Of a stretch of DNA of 64,000 nucleotides, positions 1 to 12,141 are shown in pieces (position 1 is the stretch's first letter; the number at the start of each line of letters is the position of its first letter). A program made the translations under genes and the position numbers. This DNA comes from Octopus sinensis (taxonomy: Eukaryota): assembly GCF_006345805.1 (NCBI RefSeq), contig NC_042998.1, positions 187,178,001 to 187,242,000 on the forward strand, given 5' to 3'. Below the pieces are notes generated by a model. That model saw only the letters and a program-made list of their open reading frames with translations. It had not been told where the DNA came from and did no database searches.

Positions 1-54
1 ATGCATATGCTTTATTTATTAATTTATTATATATATATATAATTCATTCATAGG

Positions 55-245
55 ATTGCTGCCATGCTGGGGCACCGCCTTAAAGGCTTTTAGCCGAACG
101 AATTTTTAAAGCCTGGTATTTATTCTGTAGGTCTTTTATGTCAAGCCGTTAAGTTACGGAATGTGAACAAATACAATCGGTTGTCAGACGATGGTGGGGG
201 ACAAGCACAAACACACACAGATATATACATGCATATCTATGTATC

Positions 246-312
<67 letters not shown>

Positions 313-418
313 TTAATATGGGCTTCTTTCAGTTTCCGTCTGCCAAATTCCCTCAAAAGCTTTTGTTACTCCAGGGCTAAAGTACACTTGCTCAAGTGTC
401 ACGCAATGGGGCTGAACT
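55..418 (-). mobile_element. tRNA-headed CORE-like SINE (family B), degenerate, with internal (GATA)n
   Basis: Homologous to the full copies at 14010-14398 and 14908-15290. Confidence 0.7.
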
Positions 419-424
419 ACCCAA

Positions 425-640
425 AAAACACAACAACGCGAAGACGTGGAATAAATATAGTGTTATTGGATGCTCAGGAAAGAAGGAGGGTTTAACGTTT
501 CGAGAGGAGCTCTTCGTCGGAAACATAGAAGGAAAGATCCAGAGAAGGGAAGACAGAGGGGAAAAAATCGCCAACGGTACACACGAGGTCACATAATGTA
601 CAGGTTTGGTGAATCCAACAGGAAAAAATAGAACTCAAAA
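425..640 (-). mobile_element. Penelope-like retroelement terminal-repeat fragment carrying a hammerhead-like motif (490-524)
   Basis: Minus strand GTTT-CCGACGA-A-GAG-ctcct-CTC-GAAAC-GTT-AAAC; shares gctcaggaa...acgtttcgag...gctcttc with 1626-1815. Confidence 0.5.
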
Positions 641-649
641 CAGTATATA

Positions 650-1529
650 TTGGGTCATCCCATAAATAATGTTTTTTTATACTTCTTTTATTTTTTTTTT
701 AATTTAGAAAAACAAAGTTCTTTTTTAATCTAAAATATACTTTTCTTCATTGTCTACAATGCTCTTCCATCTTTCTGGTAGACTTGCAAGGCTCCTCTTC
801 CAAAATTCACTTGTCTGTGAGGAAAAATACTCCTCTAGTACTGTTCTGACCTCGTCTACAGAATTCATATTCCTTCCGTTTAAATGATTTTGAAGACTGC
901 GGAATAAATGATAATCAGATGGGGCAATGTCCGGTAAATATGGTGGGTAGGGCATCGTTTCTCATTGAAACTGATCCAGCTTTTGGAATGTCATTTTCAC
1001 TGTATGTGACTGAGCATTATCCCGATGGAAGAACACTTTTTGTCGTGAAACCAAAGATAGTCGTTTTTCTTCTAGCGCTGAATGACAAAATGCAAGCTTC
1101 TCTGGGATTTTGGTCCACCAAGGTTAGCAGGATGTCCTGGTCGAGCTCTACAGATCTTCCAGGACCAGGCTCGTCTTCTAGGCTCTAGTTTCTGGATCGG
1201 AATCTCTGGAACCACCATTGACACTGGCTTGCGCTTATTGTCCGATTCCCATATACTACATTAATATTCCTCGCACTTTCCATTCCGTTGTTGCATTTAT
1301 TGAACTCATAAAGTAAAATAAGCTGAATGTGCTCCTTTGTTACTTCCATTATGGCTTTGAAAAAATAACTGTTAAAATCGAACTACACTCTTCAAAACTT
1401 GCACTAAGAATAAGTAAAAGATAAAATTACTACCTGCTTTTAAAGCAATTGATGCAGGTAATTTATCCCGTCCCCTTTCAACTTTAGTTCATGCAATTGG
1501 AAAAGCGCATTATTTATGGGATGACTCGT
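650..1529 (-). mobile_element. Mariner (D34D) DNA transposon, internally deleted, both TIRs present
   Basis: TIR TTGGGTCATCCCATAAATAATG at 650-671 and its near-complement at 1508-1529, TA on both sides. N-terminal HTH from ATG 1349 (MEVTKEHIQLILLYEF...WWFQRFRSRN*SLEDEP) is fused to C-terminal HRDNA...PDIAPSDYHLF (34-aa D-D spacing); in-frame stops. Confidence 0.9.
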
Positions 1530-1815
<286 letters not shown>

Positions 1816-1816
1816 C

Positions 1817-1863
<47 letters not shown>

Positions 1864-2934
1864 TTTGACAGAAGTAACAGAGTGACTCGATACCCGAGAG
1901 TTTCATGCGTTAGCACTTATCAAGCGATGAGTCTCAGCTAACGAAACTCTGTGTCCCTGATTCACTCTGTTCTATCAAATACTAATATAAGTGTGTGTGT
2001 GTGTATGTGTGTATGCCATCGTGTGTATGTGTGTGTGTGTGTAATGTATGTATGTATGTATGTATGTATGTATGTATGTATGCATGCATGTATGCATGTA
2101 AAGATATGTGTGCGTATGTGTACGGTAAGTAGCATCCCTAATTTTTCTCATGATAACACCTTTTTAATTTATTAATGCTTTTGTGTACCCCCGAGTTTTT
2201 ACTTTCGGCACGTGCCTGATGTGTGCATGCATGCATGTACGGATGGATAATTAATGGATTGGAGTCGATTAAACCAACTAACCCCTCTCTTATACCTATG
2301 TTAAAAATCGTCTTTGTTATTATTATTTTTTAAACGTCTATAAGGTTGAAAAGTATAAGAAATATAACCAACTGCAGTGTGAATATTCTCTTTATTCAGA
2401 TAAATGAAATGAAGAAGAATTTATCAAAATGACAATTTTACCGAAGGGAACGTTTTGGGAACAACGTGATATTTTAATCATTGTCATTATAACAGTGGCG
2501 AAAATTTAAAAAACGTGATTTGATTGTTATAAAGCTAAACAACATAATCATAAAATAATGATTTTAATCATTTATAGTTGTTAGACACACAATTAATATT
2601 TTCTTTAGCGCGAAGAAATAGCTGACTTTAAAATTCATACAGTTTATTATGAATATTCACTTCAATCACATTCGTGAGTGGTCAATGTTCGCTTGCGTTA
2701 TTACAAAAGGGAAAAAAGGGGTCAGATGAAGATGCTGGTATCGTGATCAATAATAACACAACAACCACAAGAAATCGAGTTAGTTTAGACAGCAGCAGAT
2801 AACCAATTTTGAGCACATTCCCCGGACTCTTGCACGCCGCAAGTGCATGCGGCTTTGTTCTTATCTTTTATAGCGTTTTCACGCATATTCCTGCTTCCTC
2901 TATAAAGTTGATGTACTGATATACAAACACATGA

Positions 2935-3007
2935 CATACGCGTGTGTATGTGTGTATATGTGTGTGTGTGTGTGTGTGGTGTGTGTGTGTGTTTGTGTAT
3001 GTGCGTG

Positions 3008-3061
<54 letters not shown>

Positions 3062-3199
3062 TATTATATACATATATATATATTATATACATATATGTAT
3101 ATATATATACATACATATATATATGTACATACATATATATATATGTACATACATATATATATATATGTACATACATATATATGCATATATACATATATG

Positions 3200-3234
<35 letters not shown>

Positions 3235-3307
3235 TATATAGTTAATCCAAACATGTATACATATACATAAATATACATACATATACATTTCTATATATAT
3301 ATATATA
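2935..3307. repeat. Compound (TG)n/(TA)n microsatellite; representative of many (e.g. 5636-5882, 8095-8480, 11330-11712, 13270-13635, 42100-42540)
   Basis: Direct reading; source of the spurious YI/CV ORFs. Confidence 0.95.
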
Positions 3308-4769
3308 TCATCATCATCATTATCATGAACGTTTAACGGCCGCTTTCCATGCTAGAATGGGTTGAACGATTTGACTGAGGTCTGGCGAACCAGATGGCTG
3401 TACTAGGCTTCAATCTTGATCTGGCAGAGTTTCTACAGCTGGATGCCCTTCCTAACGCCAACCACTCTGAGAGTGCTGTGGGTGATTTTACGTGCCACTG
3501 GCATGGGGCCAGTCAGGCGGTACTGGCAACGACCTCGCTCGAATCTTTTACACATGCCACCGGCACAGGTACCAGTAAGGCGATGCTGATAATAATCACA
3601 CTCAAATGGTGCCTTTTGCGTGCCACCGGCACGGAGGCTAGATAACTGCTCTGGCAACATTCACGCTCAGATGGTGCTCTTAACACCCTACTAGCATGGG
3701 GCTTGAGTGCCAGTAAGGCAACGCTGGTAACGATCACACTCGAATGGTGCCTTTCATGTTCCACTGGCACGTAAGCCGGTTAGCCGCTCTGTTAACGATC
3801 ACACTCGTATGGTGCTCTTTGCACCCTGCTAGCACGGATGTCAGTCATCGAATTTGATTTCACTTGTCTCAACATGTCTTCGCAAGCAGAGTTTTAGTGA
3901 CCAAAGAAGGAAAAGGTACGCGTAAGTGGGCTGGTTACGCCCCTGGCATAGGCCACGAGTTTATGGTTTCATTTGGCTTGCCAGGTCTTCTCAAGCACAG
4001 TATATTTCTTAAAGTTTCGGTCACTAGTCATTTCCTTGGTGAGGCCTAAAGTTCGAAGGTCGTGCTTCACCACTTCATCCCAGGTCTTCCTGGGTCTACC
4101 TCTTCCACAGGTTCCCTGAACAGCTATGGTGTGGCACTTTTTCACACAGCTATCCTCATCCATTCCCACCACATGACCATACCAGCGCAGTCATCTCTCA
4201 TGCACACCACATTTGATGCTTCTTAGGTCCAACCTTTCTCTCAGGGCACTAACTCTCTGTCAAGTATGCACACTGACATTGCACATCCATCTGAGCATGC
4301 TGGCTTCATTCCTTGCGAGCTTACGCATGTCCTCAGCAGTCACAGCCCATGTTTCACTGCCATGTAGCATGGCTGTTCGTACACAAGTGTTATACAGTCT
4401 ACCTTTTACTCTGAGCGAGAGGCCCTTTGTCACCAGCAGAGGTAAGAGCTCTCTGAACTTTGCCCAAGCTATTCTTATTCTCACAGCTACACTTTCAGCA
4501 CACCCTCCCCTGCTACTGACTTGGTCCCTAGGTAACAGAAGCTATCAACTACTTCTAGTTTTTCTCCCTGGAATGTGGCAGAAGTTGGTCTCTGCACATT
4601 TTCAGTGTTTATTGCTTCCCCAGCATTGACCACATACAAAAACTATCTTCCCAGTTAGCTTTCCTTTGATATTACTGCACCTCTTATGTGACCATAGTTT
4701 ACACTGGATACATCTTATAGAGTTTCTACCTACGCCTCTACTACAGATCGAGCAGGGCCATCTACCTGA
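3308..4769 (-). mobile_element. RTE-clade LINE, 5'-truncated: PHD-like Cys/His segment, C-terminal ORF2, 3' UTR repeat array, (GAT)n tail
   Basis: ORFs 4602-4904, 4260-4484 (RIRIAWAKFRELLPLL...LHGSETWA) and 3969-4172 (GRGRPRKTWDEVV); same family as 25979-28890. Confidence 0.9.
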
Positions 4770-4874
4770 TGTATGTATGTATGTATGTATGTACGTATGT
4801 ATGTATATATCTATATATGTATGTATGTATGTATCTATATATATATGCATGTGTATATATATATATATATATAT

Positions 4875-5058
4875 TCTTGACAACCAATGGCAGTGTGTTT
4901 GCATCCCTGTTTCTTAGCGATTCGGCAAAAGACACTGATAGAATAAGTACTAGGCTTACGAAGAATAAGTCCTCGGGTCAATTTGCTCGAATAAAGGCAA
5001 TGCTCCAGCATGGCTGCAGTCAAATGACTGAAACAAGTAAAAAGTAAAGAGTAAGAGA
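4875..5058 (+). mobile_element. SINE family B, 3' half
   Basis: ...gctccagcatggctgcagtcaaatgactgaaacaagtaaa tail. Confidence 0.8.
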
Positions 5059-5059
5059 G

Positions 5060-5091
<32 letters not shown>

Positions 5092-5203
5092 CACATACAT
5101 ATATATACATATATACATATATACATATACACACATATACATATATACACATGTATACATACACATACAAATACATATATATATATATATATACATATAT
5201 ATA

Positions 5204-5633
5204 GACCTGTTGAGGCAAGTGAGAATCAGAATCAGAATCGAAATCGATCAATGGGAATTGCAGCTGAGTTACCAGTGCTGGTGGCACGTAAGAAAACCAT
5301 CCGAACTTGGCCATTACCAGCACCACCTCGACCGGCCTCGTGCCAGTGGCACGTAAAAAGCACCATCCGTTAGTGGCCGTTGCCAGCCTCGCCTGGCACG
5401 TAAAAAGCACCATCCGTCCGTGGCCGTTTGGCAGCTCCGTCTGGCACCTGTGCCGGTGGCACGTAAAAAGCACCCACTACACTCATGGAGTGGTTGGCGT
5501 TAGGAAGGGCATCCAGCCGTAGAAACACTGCCAGATCAGACTGGGCCTGATGCAGCCTTCTGGCTTCACAGACCCCAGTTAAACCGTCCAACCCATGCTA
5601 GCATGGAAAGCGGACACTAAATGATGATGATGA

Positions 5634-5635
<2 letters not shown>
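5204..5635 (+). mobile_element. RTE LINE 3' UTR fragment with tandem GTGCCRGTGGCACGTAAAAAGCACC units and (GAT)n tail; an inverted partner lies at 6016-6240
   Basis: Identity with the 3' end of the ORF2-bearing copies. Confidence 0.85.
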
Positions 5636-5728
<93 letters not shown>

Positions 5729-5732
5729 AAAT

Positions 5733-5764
<32 letters not shown>

Positions 5765-5842
5765 TATATACATATACATATATATATACACATATACACA
5801 TATATATATATATATATATACATATACACATATATATATTAT

Positions 5843-5885
<43 letters not shown>

Positions 5886-6282
5886 TTTTTTTTTTCTTTA
5901 CTGACCAGTCCATCAGATGTAGTTATACATCGCTGGTCACAATGCGTTCGCATTGTTTTAGCCTCGAATGACGCCACCCCACTGGCTAAGCGAGCAGGCC
6001 AATATATATATATATCATCATCATCATCATCATCATCGTTTAGCTTCCGCTTTCCATGCTAGCATGGGTTGGACAGTTTAACTGGGGTCTGGGAAGCCAG
6101 AAGGCTGCACCAGGCCCAGTCTAATCTGGCAATGTTTCTACAGTTGGATGCCCTTCCTAACGCCAACTACTCAGTGAGTGTAGTGGGTGCTTTTTACGTG
6201 CCAGACGAGGCTGGCAAACGGCCACGATCAGATGGTGCTTATATACATATATATGTGTATATACATACATATATTTATATGT

Positions 6283-6313
<31 letters not shown>

Positions 6314-6425
6314 ATTGTTGTTTTTCTTGTCTGTCATTGTATCATCTTTCTGTCTGAATGTTTTAATGTCCTCTATTGCATATTTGTTCCATTTTTATAT
6401 TTATATACATATATGCATACATATA

Positions 6426-6477
<52 letters not shown>

Positions 6478-6872
6478 TATACACACACACAACTTATAAA
6501 GAGGGGCAATAGAAAAATTATTTCAATGCCAATTTGCTGAGAACAGACTTTAAATCATCAATTTCCACATTTATAATATACATTCACTATGGATACACGT
6601 CGTCCTGAAATCAAGGCAACGAGCCAACAGAATTTTTTTTAAATGTTCGTTATTTCTATATTAAATCAAAGTCAGGATTAATCCTATGGATTTTTCTCTG
6701 TTAAGTAGAAAATACGATAAGAAATAAATTAAATACTTTCACGCACCCATGGAAAAAAGCAAAAGCAAGAGTCATGAGTGCACATAAGTACCCCAGTTAT
6801 ATCTAAATGTAAAATCCTTTAGCCAGCCTCAGCACATGTGTGAATCATTCTGAACCACAACTTATAAGTTGT

Positions 6873-7669
6873 GGCAAAGATGCCTCTCATTTACTTGACA
6901 ATTTATGCACCACATTGCAGAAATCACAATCTAAGTATATGTCAAAGCAAACTCTTACACTGTTGTACCATTGAATTACAAATGCTCATCTTTTATGGAC
7001 AGGTGACCCTACAGCTTCCAAGAGTAAAACTGTATTCATTTTTGCTTAGATAAAATGACTAAATTGTGGGTGTTAAGTCCCCATGAAGGGGGCCTTGTAA
7101 ATATTACTTCATTTGTGTCTAATATCTATGGTTCAAATTTCATCAACAGCAAAAATATATGAATTGTCATGGGGGTTATGGCCCTTATGCATAGAATATA
7201 ATTTCCAAATTTTGTAAAGATCCATTCAGTACTTTTGACCTAGTTTTGGATCATAAAAGAAATGACTAAAATTTGGGAATTAAGGCCCCCATTAGGGTGT
7301 CTTAGAATCCTCATGTGAAATGGAAACTTTGAGAATACTTCTTGATGTGTATCAATTACCCATGGTTGAAATTTCATCAACATCAAAAATATATGAACTT
7401 TCATAGGGGTTCTGCCCCCTTTAAGCCATCTGAAATTCAAACCAAACATATTGCATTATACCCGCTCTTATGCATTGAATCTAAGTTTCAAATATCCTAA
7501 GGATCCATTCAGTAATTTTGGTCCATGAAATTGTATGAAAGACACAGCATTACCCTTCTCTCTATGCTTGGATGTTGTGTTCCAAATTTCATTATGATCA
7601 GTGCAGCAGTTTTTGAATGTATAAGTTACACACAAACACACATAAAGACATTGACTTTGATATAATAGA
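6873..7669 (-). mobile_element. Helitron-like non-autonomous element (family D) with internal subrepeats
   Basis: Minus-strand 5' end A|TCTATTATATCAAAGTCAATGT resembles the 5' end of the Helitron at 46162; second copy at 25220-25978; 3' end not resolved. Confidence 0.55.
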
Positions 7670-7824
7670 TATGAATATGCACATATACATACATGTGTAT
7701 ATATGTATGTGTGTGTGTGTGTGCATGTATTATATATATATATACACACACACACACACATACATGCGCACACACATACATGCGCACACACATACATGCG
7801 CACACACATACATGCGCACACACA

Positions 7825-8107
7825 TACACACAAAGATAAATTGATAGATACAACTGAATGGGCAAACAAAAATATGGACACAGCTTAGTGCTTTTTTTTA
7901 TGTTGATAAGCCTAGTACTTATTCTCTTAGTTACTTCTTGTGAAACCAGTAAGTTATGGGGATGTGAATAAATGAACAGCAGTTGTGAAGCAGTGATGAG
8001 GGTGAAACAGAGACAAAGACGCACACATACACTTACATATATACATACATATATGTATACGATTGATTTCTTTCAGTTTCTGTCTAAGAAATCCATATAT
8101 ATATATC

Positions 8108-8180
<73 letters not shown>

Positions 8181-8289
8181 AATCCAAACGGGAAACAAAA
8201 AAACAACAACAATGGAACAATTACGGAACAATTACAGTATTATTATTAATAGGCGCTCAGGAAATGGAAATATATATATATATATATAT

Positions 8290-8338
<49 letters not shown>

Positions 8339-8430
8339 CACATATATATATATACACACACACACACATATATATATATATAATATATATATATAATATA
8401 TATACACACACACACACAATATATATATAT

Positions 8431-8482
<52 letters not shown>

Positions 8483-8693
8483 AAAAGATAAATTGATAGA
8501 GACAACTATCAAGTGGGCAAACAAAAATATGAGACACTGCCTAGTGCTTTTTTAATATTTTGATTAGCCTGGTACTTATTGTATCAGTTTCTTCTTGTGA
8601 AACCAGTAAGTTATGGGGATGTAAATAAATGAACAGCAGTTGTGAAGCAGTGATGAAGGAGAAGCACAAAGACATACACATAGACTTACATAT

Positions 8694-8726
<33 letters not shown>

Positions 8727-8727
8727 G

Positions 8728-8762
<35 letters not shown>

Positions 8763-8905
8763 ATACAATTGATTTCTTTCAGTTTCTGTCTACAAAATCC
8801 ACTGACAAGGATTTGGTTGGTCTGAGGATAGCAAGTCACCACAGAGTGGGATTGAACGCAGGACCATGTGTTTTGGAACCAAGTTTGTTACCACACAGCC
8901 ACACC
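7825..8905 (-). mobile_element. Tandem pair of diverged SINE-B variants
   Basis: Units 7825-8095 and 8480-8905; the same pair recurs at 28935-29645. Confidence 0.75.
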
Positions 8906-9059
8906 TGCACCTATGTATATGTGTGTGTGTGTGTGTGTGTATGGGTGTATATATGTATGCATGTGTATATATGTGTACATATTACATGTATATCTATAAA
9001 TATATATATATATATATATAACAAAGTGAAGTTGTAAGATACCGCATGAGTGGAATTAT

Positions 9060-9438
9060 ATATGGAAGAAGGTTTGAAAATGCAATTTTAAAAGATGTTT
9101 ATTCACTTGACCGGTTTCCCTTTTTTTAGAAAAAGATTGTCAAAAGTAACATGTAAAATCTTTGTTGTGTTAGGTACTGGTTGTCACAAAATATTACAAT
9201 ACATATATACATTCTTTGATAATAATAATAAGAAGAACATGTTTTTAACATGTTCTTATTATTAACATGTTCTTATTATTATTATCAAAGAATGTATATA
9301 TGTATTGTAATATTTTGTGACAACCAGTACCTAACACAACAAAGATTTTACATGTTACTTTTGACAATCTTTTTCTGAAAAAGTGAAACCAGTCAAGTGA
9401 ATAAACATCTTTTAAAATTGCATTTTCAAACCTTCTTT

Positions 9439-9445
<7 letters not shown>
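9060..9445. repeat. Fold-back palindrome / MITE-like element with about 180-bp arms, between (TA)n tracts
   Basis: aagaaggtttgaaaatgcaattttaaaagatg... mirrored by ...catcttttaaaattgcattttcaaaccttctt. Confidence 0.85.
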
Positions 9446-9504
<59 letters not shown>

Positions 9505-9507
<3 letters not shown>

Positions 9508-11270
9508 TGATTGATTGATGATTGATTGATTCTAGTTTCAGCTTATGAGCTGTGGCCATGCTGGGGCACCGCCATTTGGTGTTGCTACTTGGTTCACTTC
9601 ATGGGGGCTTTCTAGCAACTGCTATTTGGTGCATGAGAGAGTTCGATGCAGCTGCCCTCATCTGCCCCTCCTGCAGTGAAGTTGGTTCATCTGGGACACC
9701 TGACAGGAAGAGATCCAGCTTCATTTTAAAGACATCTGTATCCACCCCATGCAGGTCTCTCAGGTTCTTTGGGAGGATATTGAAGAGCTGTGGGCCTCGG
9801 AAGCCCAGGCTATCACAGAATCTTGTCCTACATCTTGATGGCAGGTTTGGAGTCCTAGGCACCACGCAGTGGCGCCCAGTTCTGGCATTTGCGTAACTCT
9901 CGATGCCAAAGTTCAGGACACTTCCCTCCAGGATCTTCCAGATGTATATTATGGCATATCTTTCCCGCCTACGCTCCAGGGAATATAATTTTAATCTCTT
10001 GAGTCTTTCCCAGTAGCTTACATTCTGCATAGAGGCTATCTTCTTCATGTAGCTTCGTTGGATCGCCTCAAGTTCTGTGATCAACTTGACACTGGATGGT
10101 GACCATAGCTGAGAGCAATAGTCAAAGTGGCTTAGGACAAGTGTCTTCCAGAGGACCATCATGGTTTATTGTTCTCTTGTTCTAAAGGTTCTAAGAATCC
10201 ATCCAGCCAGCCGTCTACATTTCATTGTCAGTTAGCAACATGTACATGAAAGGTCGCGTCATCACTCATGTGAATACCCAGGTCACGCACTGATTGTGCC
10301 TCTGGGATTGCAATCCCTCCGGGTCCAGTGTATTCATTGGGTATTGCATTCAGTTTTGCATGCTGATAGTATAAAGCTTGAAACTTTCCAGCATTGAACT
10401 GCATGCTATTCTTTTCAGCCCACTTGTATATTTCGTCCAGCTCACATTGCAGGTGTTTAGTGTCCTCAGGGTTCTGTATTGCCTGTGAAACTTTTGTATC
10501 ATCTGCATAACTTGTGATCGTGGCTCTCTGCGTGGCTGAGGGCATGTCTGAGAGGGCCATTATGAACAGTAGTGGTCCCAGAACAGTGCCCTGCGGAACA
10601 CCGCTCACTATTTGTGTGTTAATGGAGGTGGCCCCATTGGCTACTACCACCTGACTTCTATCCTTCAGAAAGTCATGAAGCCATTCTCCCAGTTTTCCAA
10701 CTATGTTGAGATCACGCAGTTTGTGACATATCATTCCATGATCGACTTTATCAAAGGCCTTTGCAAAGTCGAGATATATCACTTCCACATTTGAGTGGTT
10801 GAGCAGCCGTTTCAGCACCCAGTCATAGTGTTGTAGGAGCTGAGTTAAACAGCTTCTCCCTGGTCGGAAACCATGTTGGGTGTCGGGCAGCAAGTCATTC
10901 TCTTCAAGGAAGGTGATCAGCTTCCTTCTGACTATTCGTTCCATGACCTTGCTGATGTGTGAGGTCAGAGAGATAGGTCTATAGTTCTTGGCTTCCGCTC
11001 TGCTACCTCCTTTATGAATGGGGCATATTTTACCTTCCTTCAGTTTTCCTGGAAGTTTGCCAGCTGCAAGGAAGCTCTGAAAGAGGAACTGCAGTGGTCT
11101 TACTAGGACTCTCTTACATGCTTTTAGGAGGATTGCCGGGAATCCATCGGGGCCAGTAGCTGAGTCTGTTTTCATTTCATCTATAGCCTTGGTTACATCG
11201 TCTTCCTTTATATCGATGTAATCTATCGTCGCCGCCTCTGATTTTATATCTGCAGTGGTAAAAAAGTCAG
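9505..11270 (-). mobile_element. CR1/L2-group LINE, 5'-truncated and inactivated
   Basis: RT ORF 10228-11175 (QHGFRPGRSC, DFAKAFDKVDH, SGVPQGTVLGPLLF, YADD) and C-terminal ORF 9599-10162; stops in between; 3' stem-loop and (AATC)n tail. Confidence 0.92.
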
Positions 11271-11418
11271 TTGGATTGGTGATTTGGAGATGCCCAAGGG
11301 GTGGAGTGAAAACACTCTTGAATTGTTATATATATATATACATCTTGAATTGTTATATATATATATACATCTATATATATACATGTATATATATATATAT
11401 ATATATACATCTATATAT

Positions 11419-11450
<32 letters not shown>

Positions 11451-11501
11451 ACATCTATATATATACATGTATATATATTATATATATATATATTATACAT
11501 C

Positions 11502-11535
<34 letters not shown>

Positions 11536-11619
11536 TATATACATCTATATATATACATTATATATATATATATATATATACATCTATATATATACATGTA
11601 TATATATATATATATATAT

Positions 11620-11668
<49 letters not shown>

Positions 11669-11814
11669 TATATATATACATGTATATATATATATATATC
11701 TATATATATATAATAAGGGTGAAAAATTGAATATTAATTTGATTAATATCAATTTAAAACCAATGGTGTAGCATATTGAAAATCTGAAGTTTTGAAAAAA
11801 AATTATATTACATA

Positions 11815-11959
11815 CATATAAGGATGATGACCTGTAAGTGGACATCCATTATGCTAGAAGAAGATCCGCTATGGTCTTACCATTCCTTTGTTAGTGGTAA
11901 GACCATAGCAGATCTTCTAGCATAATGGATGTCCACTCACAGATCATCACTCTTATATG
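11815..11959. repeat. Small fold-back palindrome (about 65-bp arms, 12-nt loop)
   Basis: gtggacatccattatgctagaag...gctatggtcttacca / tggtaagaccatagc...cttctagcataatggatgtccac. Confidence 0.85.
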
Positions 11960-11989
11960 TGTATACATATATATATATATATATATGTG

Positions 11990-12047
<58 letters not shown>

Positions 12048-12097
12048 CATGTATCTATATACATACATTTGTGCAAATGTACATATATATAATATAT

Positions 12098-12141
<44 letters not shown>

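Noticed and set aside
1924-1948. GATGAG...CGAAAC as a third hammerhead
   Set aside because: The C3/U4 core is missing and no stem II or stem I pairing is evident; the sequence is explained as one arm of the local palindrome.
2785-3288. Dozens of long ORFs rich in YI, CV, HT or YL (also about 5600, 8000, 11250-12140, 13100-13850, 41240-42620)
   Set aside because: They are translations of (TA)n, (TG)n and (GATA)n microsatellites, which lack stops; no protein-like content.
5274-5480. CRISPR-like repeat-spacer pattern
   Set aside because: The spacers are mutually homologous, the array is part of a LINE 3' UTR repeated at many sites, there are no cas genes, and the context is eukaryotic.
10228-11175. 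Active, autonomous retroelement or transposase genes (also 27411-28421 and 53791-54126)
   Set aside because: All are 5'-truncated or deleted and carry in-frame stops or frameshifts.
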